Assembly: GCA_964565985.1 (NCBI GenBank)
Contig: CAZMHA010000002.1
Location: 1 to 41,223 of the forward strand
Direction of reading: 5' to 3'
DNA length: 41,223 nt
Source of the DNA: an uncultured Piscirickettsiaceae bacterium
Lineage (GTDB): Bacteria > Pseudomonadota > Gammaproteobacteria > Thiomicrospirales > Thiomicrospiraceae
The notes under the pieces were generated by a model. The model saw only the letters and a program-made list of their open reading frames with translations, was not told where the DNA came from and searched no databases. This document shows, in pieces, positions 29,926 to 38,918 of the stretch. Within the stretch, counting starts at the first letter, position 1; the number at the start of each line of letters is the position of its first letter. The position numbers and the translations under genes were made by a program.

Positions 29926-31284
29926 TTACAACCTATCAAAAATAGAGCCTTGAGAGGCTGTAAATAGCTTTTCATAGAGCCTTGATGCATAGGTATTGGT
30001 CATGCCGGCGATATAGTCAGAGATAATTCTATGTTGATGCCTTGTTTCTTGTTGTTCTGTATATTTTTGGTAAATATGATTAGGTAGTAGTGCTTTTGGA
30101 TTTGCCCTTAGTGATTTAAATAAATCTAGCACTATTAATTGCCCTTTGTATTCCATTCCTTTTACTTCTGGCAAACTTATCACATGTTCATAAATAAATG
30201 ATTTAAGTAAATCTAGGACCTCCCCTTCTGCCTTTCCTAATTTTGCTTGGTATTTTAGTAACGGATGTTCAAAATCTTTATTTTCTACAATTTTTACGCT
30301 TTCAACCATTATTCCTACCATCTTACTAATCGCGTGTTTTCTGCCTTTTGAACGACCATTAAATAGCCAGTTGCTCATTTCATCACCCCAAAGATTATGG
30401 GTTTTAAAAACCTTATTATTCATTACAAACTCTTGCCAAAGGTCTTTTTGTAGTAGCCCTATTGCTACGGCATCTTCTAGATCATGAATGCCGTAGGCAA
30501 TGTCATCAGCTATTTCCATTACGGTGGTGTCTAAAGCTTTGTGCTGTGTTGTTGCAAACCCTTCTTTGCTGTCTTTTAATTTTGTAAACTTATTTTTGTC
30601 TTGTTCACTAAAGAGATCCAGTACCCAGTTAAAGATTAGCTTTTCATCATTGTAGATACTTTTTGGTGGTTTCCAACTTTCCATACTTAGTGTTTTAAAG
30701 TCAATGGCATCAGGCTGTTTGATTTCTTTTAGGTAATCCTTTTTTTGTCCTATTATCTTATCGTATACAGCAGGATATTTTAGAACCCCTAGTGTTGCTC
30801 TTCTTGATAGGTCTATGCCGTTTTCTGGAGTATATTCTCCAAGTTTTGCGAGTACTCTTAGGGTTTGTGCATTACCTTCAAACCCACCATTTTCACGCAT
30901 CATGTAATTTAGGGCAGTTTCTCCACCATGCCCAAATGGTGGGTGACCTAAATCATGGGCTAGGCAAATAGCCTCGATTAGATAAAAAGATGGTAGCCAG
31001 TCCATGTAGCCTTTACCTTCACCAACAGTTATAAGCTGTTCTACTAATCCTGAACCAACTTGTGCCACTTCCATTGAGTGAGTTAAACGAGTTCGATAAA
31101 AATCAGATTCGTTTAGTCCAAATATTTGGGTTTTGGCTTGTAAACGGCGAAAAGATGCCGAGTGAATTACTCTTGCTCTATCTCGTTGATATACTATTCT
31201 TTCAGGTCTTGATTCAATTCCTGCCAAAAAATCACTATATCTTTGTGTCCAGTTTGATTCAGGTGTTGCCTTATCCGCTTGCAT
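29926..31284 (-). CDS. dgt: HD-domain dGTP triphosphohydrolase (dGTPase)
   Basis: RDRARVIHS..FRRLQ.KTQ, RTRLTHS, AHDLGHPPFGH, FEGNAQ, ADDIAY, DYIAGMT; start ATG 31284 or GTG 31293. Confidence 0.93.
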   Translation of the reverse strand: MQADKATPESNWTQRYSDFLAGIESRPERIVYQRDRARVIHSASFRRLQAKTQIFGLNESDFYRTRLTHSMEVAQVGSGLVEQLITVGEGKGYMDWLPSFYLIEAICLAHDLGHPPFGHGGETALNYMMRENGGFEGNAQTLRVLAKLGEYTPENGIDLSRRATLGVLKYPAVYDKIIGQKKDYLKEIKQPDAIDFKTLSMESWKPPKSIYNDEKLIFNWVLDLFSEQDKNKFTKLKDSKEGFATTQHKALDTTVMEIADDIAYGIHDLEDAVAIGLLQKDLWQEFVMNNKVFKTHNLWGDEMSNWLFNGRSKGRKHAISKMVGIMVESVKIVENKDFEHPLLKYQAKLGKAEGEVLDLLKSFIYEHVISLPEVKGMEYKGQLIVLDLFKSLRANPKALLPNHIYQKYTEQQETRHQHRIISDYIAGMTNTYASRLYEKLFTASQGSIFDRL

Positions 31285-31344
31285 TAACCACAATTTCCAT
31301 GTTTAATTAGTTATTAAATTATTATGCAACAAAAAGAGATGGCT

Positions 31345-31527
31345 ATGCTAAAATTTTTTACACCAATATTACTTAGTGCCATGCTGGTAGGTTGTTTTAA
31401 TCCAGAGTTAGATGAATGTAAAAGTAAAGCCAGCAAGCTATGGGACAACAGTAGCCTACAAAAACATAAAAACGGTAATAAGGCTTATTGGCGAGCTATT
31501 AAAAGATGCGAAAAAAAACACGGTTAA
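31345..31527 (+). CDS. Small predicted lipoprotein (60 aa)
   Basis: MLKFFTPILLSAMLVG-C lipobox; alternative start at 31324. Confidence 0.7.
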   Translation: MLKFFTPILLSAMLVGCFNPELDECKSKASKLWDNSSLQKHKNGNKAYWRAIKRCEKKHG

Positions 31528-33200
31528 ATTTGTTTTAAAATCTTATCTGCCACCCTAAAAGAATTAGCGTAGATAGTAAAGGTAGGAGTAATACTACCTC
31601 CATTAGGCATAAAACTTCCATCTGTTACAAATAAATTATCTGTGCCATGTACTCTGCAATCCGCGTCTAGTGCCGAAGTTTTAGGATCATGACCAAACCT
31701 TAATCCTCCTGCAATTAAATTGGGGGTTGGTGAGCTAAAAGCATTGCCAAAAACTTCATTTGCTCCCATTGCTTTCATTACTTGTTTGCCTTTATCTACC
31801 AGATACTGTGCAACCTTTAAATCATGCTGATGATAGCCAACTTTTACCAATCCAACAGGGCTTCCCCACTTGTCTTTGTTGTTATGGTCTAAAGAAACAA
31901 AACAATTATCTGTGGTTAGCCAATCACAAAATACCTCAAATTTAAAATCTTTACTTTCGGTAAAATGCTTTTTAATCCTCTGTTTTAAGGGGGTTCCCCA
32001 AAGTAACTTGCCATCTTCTCGTTTTAAAGTATTAGCTTCTGCTGTTGGGCTAGGTGGGTCAAATACAAAGTCAATAGTTCCACCTTTTATGCGTTTTCCA
32101 AAGGTTTTTTTATCATTAATAAAATACCAATCTTGCAATGCACGATTAAAAAATGGCCCTCTAACTTTTAAATCTCGTGCCTGTTGTTCGCTAAAGTTAT
32201 CTAGCTTGAATACTCCATGCCCTGTGCCACCAGCACAGCAATGCAGGTTCTTGCCTAGCTGGCCATATTTATTGCCTATTCCATTTGGGTGTTCTTTGGT
32301 TTGAGAGCTAAGTAATAAACGGCTAGATTCAATAGAATAACAAGCAACTACTATTATTTTAGCTTTTACATTAATTTTACCCCCCCCCTCATAATAATCA
32401 ACAGACTGCGCATTACCTTTTTTATCTGTATTAATTCTATATACCTTGGCATTGGTGATGATTTCACAGTTTCCTGTTGCTACCGCAGTATTTAATAAAG
32501 ACGCCCTAGAACTTGCCTTAGCACCAGAATGACAGCCATAACTACCGCAATAACCTGAATACTCACAGCCATTTCTACCATTATGTGGTTTTGATAAAAT
32601 ACCCCTTGCCATAGGCAAAGGATTAAAACCTATTTTTTTACAAGACTTATCAAACCAGCTAGAAATAGGATGTTCGGCAGTAGGAGGAAAAGGATAGTCC
32701 GCGGTTGAACGAGGCTCTAAATTAGGGTGTTGCACAATCTTTCCTGAAACACCAACTATCTGCTCAACTTTTAGATAATAAGGCTCTAAGTCTTCATAGC
32801 TTATCGGCCAATCAACCGTATTTGCTCCATCTATCTTGCCAAATTCTGAAACTAAGCGAAAATCTTCTGGCTTTAAACGATGGAAATAGCCACTCATAAA
32901 ATTAGAAGCCCCACCAACGATATTACCACCCCAAAACTGCCCTGTTTGGTATCTTTGCCAGCTTCCCTTCCCATCTGGTTCTTCTAAAGTATGGCGTTCA
33001 TATTTAGTATTAGATTGGAAAGTACCTCGCCTTGCTAATTGCTCATCTTTAAAAAAATCTTCTTCCGTAAACCAACCGCCTTTTTCTAAAATAACAACAG
33101 AATGCCCTGCCTTAGATAATTCATAAGCGATAGGACCCGCACCAGCTCCACTGCCAACGATGCATACATCATACTCTTTGATTTTATTTTTAACCTTCAC
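31524..33200 (-). CDS. GMC-family FAD oxidoreductase (gluconate 2-dehydrogenase flavoprotein-like)
   Basis: IVGSGAGAG, DWPISY..LEPYY, Cys cluster CEYSGYCGSYGC, NLFVTDGS; GTG 33200 after GGAG. Confidence 0.9.
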   Translation of the reverse strand: MKVKNKIKEYDVCIVGSGAGAGPIAYELSKAGHSVVILEKGGWFTEEDFFKDEQLARRGTFQSNTKYERHTLEEPDGKGSWQRYQTGQFWGGNIVGGASNFMSGYFHRLKPEDFRLVSEFGKIDGANTVDWPISYEDLEPYYLKVEQIVGVSGKIVQHPNLEPRSTADYPFPPTAEHPISSWFDKSCKKIGFNPLPMARGILSKPHNGRNGCEYSGYCGSYGCHSGAKASSRASLLNTAVATGNCEIITNAKVYRINTDKKGNAQSVDYYEGGGKINVKAKIIVVACYSIESSRLLLSSQTKEHPNGIGNKYGQLGKNLHCCAGGTGHGVFKLDNFSEQQARDLKVRGPFFNRALQDWYFINDKKTFGKRIKGGTIDFVFDPPSPTAEANTLKREDGKLLWGTPLKQRIKKHFTESKDFKFEVFCDWLTTDNCFVSLDHNNKDKWGSPVGLVKVGYHQHDLKVAQYLVDKGKQVMKAMGANEVFGNAFSSPTPNLIAGGLRFGHDPKTSALDADCRVHGTDNLFVTDGSFMPNGGSITPTFTIYANSFRVADKILKQI

Positions 33201-33822
33201 CGACAACTCCAAAACTTAAATAGGTTTGTTGTGAGTTTGGACGCGGAAACCCTGGCTGATGCTCAAGCCACTTCCAACCTATACCATTAGGGTTGCCACC
33301 ATAAGCTGGGTCAAGTAAAAGAGCTTCAACAAGATAATAAAGGATTAAAGATATCCAATTCTCACCAAAAGAAGAGTTTTCAATTTTAGTTAACATTTCA
33401 TTTTGTTTTTTAACTGACAACTCAATAAACTTTTTTCCGACTAAATCTTCCGTAAAAACATCAACACTTACCAAACCCTTAATTAAATAAGCAGGGTCCC
33501 CATCAGCGATGTTATTAGGATCTTTTAATGCCCAGTTTAAGTATTTTAAAGCATGTAAATCCGCTGCTGAAGGTCCATCACCATCATCTGGAAAAAGAAT
33601 TTGCTGAACCGCAAACATTGTTTTAGTTTGGTGTTGGTTAAAGGCACTTTTGTTCGAATCTAGCTTAGCAAATACAGGCTTATGCCCAACCAAACCAGCT
33701 ATCAAAACTGCACTAGAAGATAGTTTTAAAAAATCACGCCTATTCATACCACTTTCATAAGCAACAATACTTTTACTACTATTATTTAAAATACTATTTG
33801 CACTAATAACCGAACAATTCAT
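33190..33822 (-). CDS. Gluconate 2-dehydrogenase subunit 3 family protein with Tat signal
   Basis: NRRDFLK twin-arginine motif, DP.YGGN..G.GW; GAGGAG before ATG 33822 (alternative start 33747). Confidence 0.87.
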   Translation of the reverse strand: MNCSVISANSILNNSSKSIVAYESGMNRRDFLKLSSSAVLIAGLVGHKPVFAKLDSNKSAFNQHQTKTMFAVQQILFPDDGDGPSAADLHALKYLNWALKDPNNIADGDPAYLIKGLVSVDVFTEDLVGKKFIELSVKKQNEMLTKIENSSFGENWISLILYYLVEALLLDPAYGGNPNGIGWKWLEHQPGFPRPNSQQTYLSFGVVGEG

Positions 33823-33928
33823 AACAAAACTTCTCCTCACTACTATTAGACCCTATTTTCATTTTAAAATTCCCTAAAAATAATTAAGAGGAGTATAATT
33901 TTTTAAATAAATATAAGGAAAAGACAAT

Positions 33929-34267
33929 ATGAATACTGCATCATTTTTAAAAGATTTAGAGTTTTCAGGTAAAAGTGTCGTAATTAAAGCCTTAATTGTT
34001 AGTGACTTTGGTCGAGAAATTCGTATTACTTTCAAAAAAGATCAGGTTATGAAAGAACACAAAACACAATATCCAATCACCGTAATGACCCTAGAAGGTA
34101 GTATTGAGTTTAGTATTGGCAAAGAAAAAACTATATTAAATTCAGGAGATATTATTGCCGTAGATGGCGACATAATGCACCAACTAAAAGCTTTAAAACA
34201 ATCTGTAGTAAAACTAAGTTTACACAAAAATGATACTGTTGAAAGAGTTGAAAAAGTAGCTAGTTAA
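33929..34267 (+). CDS. Cupin domain protein
   Basis: EH...PI....LEG.IEF and GD.......H.L.A cupin motifs. Confidence 0.85.
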   Translation: MNTASFLKDLEFSGKSVVIKALIVSDFGREIRITFKKDQVMKEHKTQYPITVMTLEGSIEFSIGKEKTILNSGDIIAVDGDIMHQLKALKQSVVKLSLHKNDTVERVEKVAS

Positions 34268-34358
34268 TAATATCAAAATCCTCTCTTATAACTTTGGGGA
34301 GCAATCAAAGCATGGTAAAATGTTCGGCTAAATTTATACCTAGGACATAAACTAATCC

Positions 34359-36077
34359 ATGAAAACTTCTAATCTATTAATTTCTACTACGCGTGAAATA
34401 CCTGCCGATGCGGTTGTTGCTAGCCATAAACTTATGCTAAGAGCAGGCTTGGTTCGCCCAGTTGCTGGTGGGTTATATAACTGGTTACCGATAGGCTTAA
34501 AAGTACTGCGTAAGGTTGAAAAAATTATTCGTGAAGAAATGGATAAGGCAATGGCACAAGAAGTTTTAATGCCAGTAGTACAGCCTATGGAACTATGGCA
34601 AGAATCTGGGCGAGCGGATGAGTATGGTGCTGAATTATTACGCTTTAATGATCGCCACGGTAGAGAATTTGCACTAGGACCTACCCATGAAGAAGTTATT
34701 ACAGATTTAGTGCGTAAAGAAATTCGTAGCTATAAACAATTACCTACTATTTTTTATCAAATTCAAACAAAATTTCGTGATGAAATTCGTCCACGATTTG
34801 GGGTAATGCGTTCGCGTGAATTTATTATGAAAGATGCCTATTCTTTCCATATAAATCAAGAATCCTTAAATGATACCTACCAAAAAATGTACGAAACTTA
34901 TAGCCGTATATTCACTCGTATAGGCTTAAATTTTAGAGCTGTACAGGCTGATACAGGTTCTATTGGTGGAAATATGTCGCATGAATTTCATGTACTTGCT
35001 GATTCAGGTGAAGACGATATTGCTTTTTCAACCAACTCAGATTTTGCCGCTAATGTTGAACTAGCAGAAGCCTTATCTCCTCGTGGAGAAAGAGCTGAAG
35101 CAACCGCAGAACTAACAAGGGTAGAAACACCAAATAAACATAGTATTGAAGAGGTTTGTGATTTTTTACAACTTAAGAAAAAGAAAATTGTTAAAACTTT
35201 AATTGTTAAGGGTGCAGATAAAAAACATCCAGTTGTTGCCCTAGTTATTCGTGGAGACCATGAATTAAACCAGATTAAATCTGAAAAATTAGCACTAGTA
35301 GCTGAACCTTTTGAAATGGCAAGTGATAAAGAAATTTTTGATGCTATGGGATGTAAAGCAGGTTCTATTGGTCCTGTAAACGCAACTATTCCAGTTATAG
35401 TTGATAGAACAGCCTCTCATTGTGCAGATTTTGTATGTGGAGCTAATGAAAATGGCTTTCACTTCACTGGGGCTAACTGGGATAGAGATGCTAAGCCAAC
35501 ATTAATTGCCGACATTCGTAATGTTGTTAAGGGTGATTTAAGCCCTTGTGGTAAGGGCAAAATAGAAATCCGTCGCGGTATAGAAGTTGGGCATATATTC
35601 CAACTAGGCAACAAATATTCAACCGCACTAAATGCCACGGTACAAAATGAAAATAGCCGCTCACAGGCTTTAGAAATGGGTTGTTATGGAATAGGGGTAA
35701 CTAGAGTTATTGCTGCAGCTATTGAACAAAACCATGATGAAAAAGGTATTATTTGGGCTGATAGCATTGCTCCCTACCAGGTTTGTATTGTGCCTATGCA
35801 AATGCACAAGTCTCCTAGAACAGAAAAAGCAACCATGGAAATTTACGATAAGCTAGTAAGTATGGGCATTGAAGTATTACTAGATGATCGTAAAGAAAGA
35901 CCAGGAGTAATGTTTAACGATATGGAATTAATCGGTATCCCGCATAGAATAGTAATTGGAGAACGCGGTTTAGATAACGGACAAATAGAATACAAACATC
36001 GCCGTGATGAAAAACCTCAAGATATTGACCAAGCTACATTTATAGACTTTTTAACTAATAAATTGGCTAGTTCTTAA
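34359..36077 (+). CDS. proS: Prolyl-tRNA synthetase (with INS editing domain)
   Basis: [34 protein letters not shown]. Confidence 0.98.
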   Translation: MKTSNLLISTTREIPADAVVASHKLMLRAGLVRPVAGGLYNWLPIGLKVLRKVEKIIREEMDKAMAQEVLMPVVQPMELWQESGRADEYGAELLRFNDRHGREFALGPTHEEVITDLVRKEIRSYKQLPTIFYQIQTKFRDEIRPRFGVMRSREFIMKDAYSFHINQESLNDTYQKMYETYSRIFTRIGLNFRAVQADTGSIGGNMSHEFHVLADSGEDDIAFSTNSDFAANVELAEALSPRGERAEATAELTRVETPNKHSIEEVCDFLQLKKKKIVKTLIVKGADKKHPVVALVIRGDHELNQIKSEKLALVAEPFEMASDKEIFDAMGCKAGSIGPVNATIPVIVDRTASHCADFVCGANENGFHFTGANWDRDAKPTLIADIRNVVKGDLSPCGKGKIEIRRGIEVGHIFQLGNKYSTALNATVQNENSRSQALEMGCYGIGVTRVIAAAIEQNHDEKGIIWADSIAPYQVCIVPMQMHKSPRTEKATMEIYDKLVSMGIEVLLDDRKERPGVMFNDMELIGIPHRIVIGERGLDNGQIEYKHRRDEKPQDIDQATFIDFLTNKLASS

Positions 36078-36103
36078 AAAGGAAGAAGAATACAATTAAA
36101 AGG

Positions 36104-36140
36104 GGATTTTACCCCCCCCCCCGCAAAGCATGGGGGTAGG
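36104..36140. repeat. Intergenic TTTTA-C11 hairpin element between convergent proS and ttpD
   Basis: TACCCCC...GGGGGTA stem; resembles the reverse complement of 11131-11166. Confidence 0.7.
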
Positions 36141-36148
36141 TTAATTGT

Positions 36149-37324
36149 TTAATTATTATTTAAACTTTCTAACCATTTCTGTGCGGATTCTTTTGTTTTT
36201 TTATATTTACTAGCTTTTTTTAGGTAAATTTTTGCATTTTCTATGTCGTCTAATTCACTATAAGCAACAGCTATTATCATGTTAGCACTGCCTTTTTGTT
36301 TTACTGTTTTTTTAAGAGCTTGTTTGGCATATTTAATTACATTTTTAAACTGGTCTTCTTGCTCAAAATATAGCTGGGCAATGTATAAATCATTCTTACC
36401 AGTGGTAGAATATTGTGCGGCTTTTTTTAGTGCTTTAATTGCTTCATTTCTTTCTTTTGCTTCTTGTCCAAGGGTTGATAACAACTCATAGTTTTTTTGA
36501 CTTTCTTTTACAACCTTTTGATTAATGGCTATTTTTAAAACTGAAAAAGCTTTGTGAGGCATGTTTTCTCTATTTAAAACATAAACAAATTGCATTATGT
36601 CATTTTCTTTAGTTAGAAACTTTTTGGTATGAGCTATTTGCATTATTTCTAGTGCTTTAGGGTATTTTTCTTGTTCCATAAATAGGCTAGATAACTGTAG
36701 CCAATGCTTTTTTTCTTCTGGCCAAATCCATACCATTTCTTCTAAAATAACCGTCGCATTTTCTAGCTGTTTTAGTTCGTAATATGAGGAAAATAACATT
36801 AGGTAAATTGATTTTTTCTTGGCGAAAAACTTCTTGGCTTCTACCAGGGTTTTTATGGATTTTTTATACTCTTTTTTAAAGAAGTACGCACTACCTAAAC
36901 CAAGGTACACATTTTTATTTGGTTTTTTTGCTAGTTTCAAATAGTCTTTATAGTATTTTATTGCGGTATCTAACTTTTCTTCTTGCATACTCAAGCCTGC
37001 TAAACTTTGTAAAATATAAAGAATAGTTCTATCTGGCAGAGCATTTAATTCATAAGATTTTAATAGATATTTCTTTGACTTGGCGTAAGCAGGTTCTTGT
37101 ATATAATACATTCCTGCGGTGTAATAAAGGTAAGCTTTATCTATATCACGAGAAGGGGGTTCTTCTAAAAAGGCTTTTAATTTCTCTTCTGCTTCTAACT
37201 TTTTATCTTTAATTATTAGCTCTTCTATTTTTTGTAGCCTTTTAAAGGTACTTATAGACATAGCTGATTCAGCAATGGTGTTGCTAGAAAATATTAGTAG
37301 TAAAATTAGTAGTATTTTTTTCAT
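36149..37324 (-). CDS. Periplasmic TPR protein (TtpD-like)
   Basis: Signal peptide, TPR-like helical repeats, last gene of the TonB operon. Confidence 0.85.
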   Translation of the reverse strand: MKKILLILLLIFSSNTIAESAMSISTFKRLQKIEELIIKDKKLEAEEKLKAFLEEPPSRDIDKAYLYYTAGMYYIQEPAYAKSKKYLLKSYELNALPDRTILYILQSLAGLSMQEEKLDTAIKYYKDYLKLAKKPNKNVYLGLGSAYFFKKEYKKSIKTLVEAKKFFAKKKSIYLMLFSSYYELKQLENATVILEEMVWIWPEEKKHWLQLSSLFMEQEKYPKALEIMQIAHTKKFLTKENDIMQFVYVLNRENMPHKAFSVLKIAINQKVVKESQKNYELLSTLGQEAKERNEAIKALKKAAQYSTTGKNDLYIAQLYFEQEDQFKNVIKYAKQALKKTVKQKGSANMIIAVAYSELDDIENAKIYLKKASKYKKTKESAQKWLESLNNN

Positions 37325-37980
37325 TTATCCAACTTAAATTCTATTTTTAGCATGGCTCTTTGTTCTATTGCCTCGCCCTCTTCCATTTTGGCTCTAAAAC
37401 GCCACTTTAAAATAGCTCTTTTTGCTGATTGTTCAAATACTCCTTCAGGGGCTGACTCTACAACCATTACATCTTTAACGGTTCCCTGTTTGGTTATAGT
37501 AAACTCTAGCGTTACAAAACCTTCTTTACGCATTCTTTTTGCTCGCCTTGGGTAACGAGGGTCTATCCTTGATATAGGGATAACACTGGTACTAATTGCC
37601 CTGCCTCCTGATGATACGAAGGCATCTCCTAATGCACTGTTTGCATTTAGATTTAATGGTAAATCTAGATCTAAATTTTCCATTTTAATTGGCTGTTTTA
37701 CTGCTTTTACTGTTTTATTAATGTTTATTTTAGGTTTAAGTGGTTTTTTCTTTGGCTTAGGTTTTTTAGGCTTTACCCGTTCTTTTTTTATTATATTTTG
37801 CTCTTTTTTAAGGCTAATAAAATCCATAAAACCAGAATTATCACTTTTAATATCTTGGTTTGTACCAACATTTATCATGCCTTGCAAACCCCAAAACAAG
37901 CCAAAAACTATGGTTATAGCTGCAAAAAAGCTTACCAATAGCCTGAAATAAGTTTTAGACATTAATAGTTTTATATCCAT
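37321..37980 (-). CDS. tonB: Energy transducer TonB
   Basis: N-terminal TM, Lys/Pro linker, P.YP..A....EG.V...F.I...G.V C-terminal domain; start uncertain. Confidence 0.92.
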   Translation of the reverse strand: MDIKLLMSKTYFRLLVSFFAAITIVFGLFWGLQGMINVGTNQDIKSDNSGFMDFISLKKEQNIIKKERVKPKKPKPKKKPLKPKININKTVKAVKQPIKMENLDLDLPLNLNANSALGDAFVSSGGRAISTSVIPISRIDPRYPRRAKRMRKEGFVTLEFTITKQGTVKDVMVVESAPEGVFEQSAKRAILKWRFRAKMEEGEAIEQRAMLKIEFKLDK

Positions 37981-37993
37981 CGTTATCGTCTTC

Positions 37994-38395
37994 TTACTCT
38001 TCTTTGGACGCGGCAATTGAGATGTTTTTAACACCTGCTAAGCGAATTTGGTCCATAACCTTAACAAGTATTCCTGTTTTAGCTTCTGTATCTGATTTTA
38101 TTATTACCGCAGACTGTGGGAACTTTGCTTTCATTCTTTGTATATTTGCTCTTACTGCTCTAATATCAATATGGCGTTTGTCCATCCATATTTCACCGTT
38201 TGGTTTAATTGCGATAAGAATATTTCCTTTAGACTTTTTCTCTGCTGTTGCGGCACTTGGGCGGTTAATATCTATACCTGTTTCTTTAACAAAAGAAGTG
38301 GTTACTATGAAAAATATCAACATAATAAAAACCACATCAAGCATTGGTGTTAAGTCAATTTGAGCATCTTCCGCTTCTCTTCTTGCTCGTTTCAT
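37994..38395 (-). CDS. exbD: Biopolymer transport protein ExbD
   Basis: IDLTPMLDVVFIMLIFFIVT. Confidence 0.95.
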   Translation of the reverse strand: MKRARREAEDAQIDLTPMLDVVFIMLIFFIVTTSFVKETGIDINRPSAATAEKKSKGNILIAIKPNGEIWMDKRHIDIRAVRANIQRMKAKFPQSAVIIKSDTEAKTGILVKVMDQIRLAGVKNISIAASKEE

Positions 38396-38910
38396 ATAGT
38401 TTCTTTTAACCTCTCATTAAAGTCTACAACTTGCTTGTCGGCAATTTCTTTTATTCTATGCTGAAAAAACAAACCTGTAATAGCCACCGCCATACCAGAC
38501 ATTGTTGGCAGGGTTGCCATCGATATACCATTTGCCATCGCTTTCGCATCGCCTGTGCCATTTTGGGCGATAACATCAAATATTTCCATCATTCCATAAA
38601 CAGTTCCAAACAAACCTAGCAATGGCGCTATTGCTACAAAAACCTTAATTAAACTAAAGTTTATAAATAACTTTTGCTCATAGGTGTCTTTATAAAGCTC
38701 TCTTATTCTGCTTCTATCTTTATGGCAACTAAAATCTTTCCAAGAATAAATAAGTTCATCTCTATCTTTATAAGCAAAGAAATATAAAAAAATAAACCGC
38801 TCAATAATTAATAACCACAACAAAACGGCTATAGCGAAAATCATATACAGCACCATACCTCCTTGATCAAGGAAGTCTGTTACTGAATAGTAGGTTTGCA
38901 TTAAATACAT
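38392..38910 (-). CDS. exbB: MotA/TolQ/ExbB proton channel (ExbB2-like)
   Basis: APLLGLFGTV.GM, MANGIS.A.LPT. Confidence 0.92.
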   Translation of the reverse strand: MYLMQTYYSVTDFLDQGGMVLYMIFAIAVLLWLLIIERFIFLYFFAYKDRDELIYSWKDFSCHKDRSRIRELYKDTYEQKLFINFSLIKVFVAIAPLLGLFGTVYGMMEIFDVIAQNGTGDAKAMANGISMATLPTMSGMAVAITGLFFQHRIKEIADKQVVDFNERLKETI

Positions 38911-38918
38911 ATTAAAAA

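Noticed and set aside
29308-34267. Prophage or integrative element
   Set aside because: No integrase, transposase, phage genes or att repeats seen
1295-38619. About 25 short plus-strand ORFs in the track (e.g. 1295-1573, 17956-18348, 23126-23590, 31870-32304, 38004-38363) and minus-strand 34042-34227
   Set aside because: Antisense shadows of well-supported genes, with no motifs or RBS
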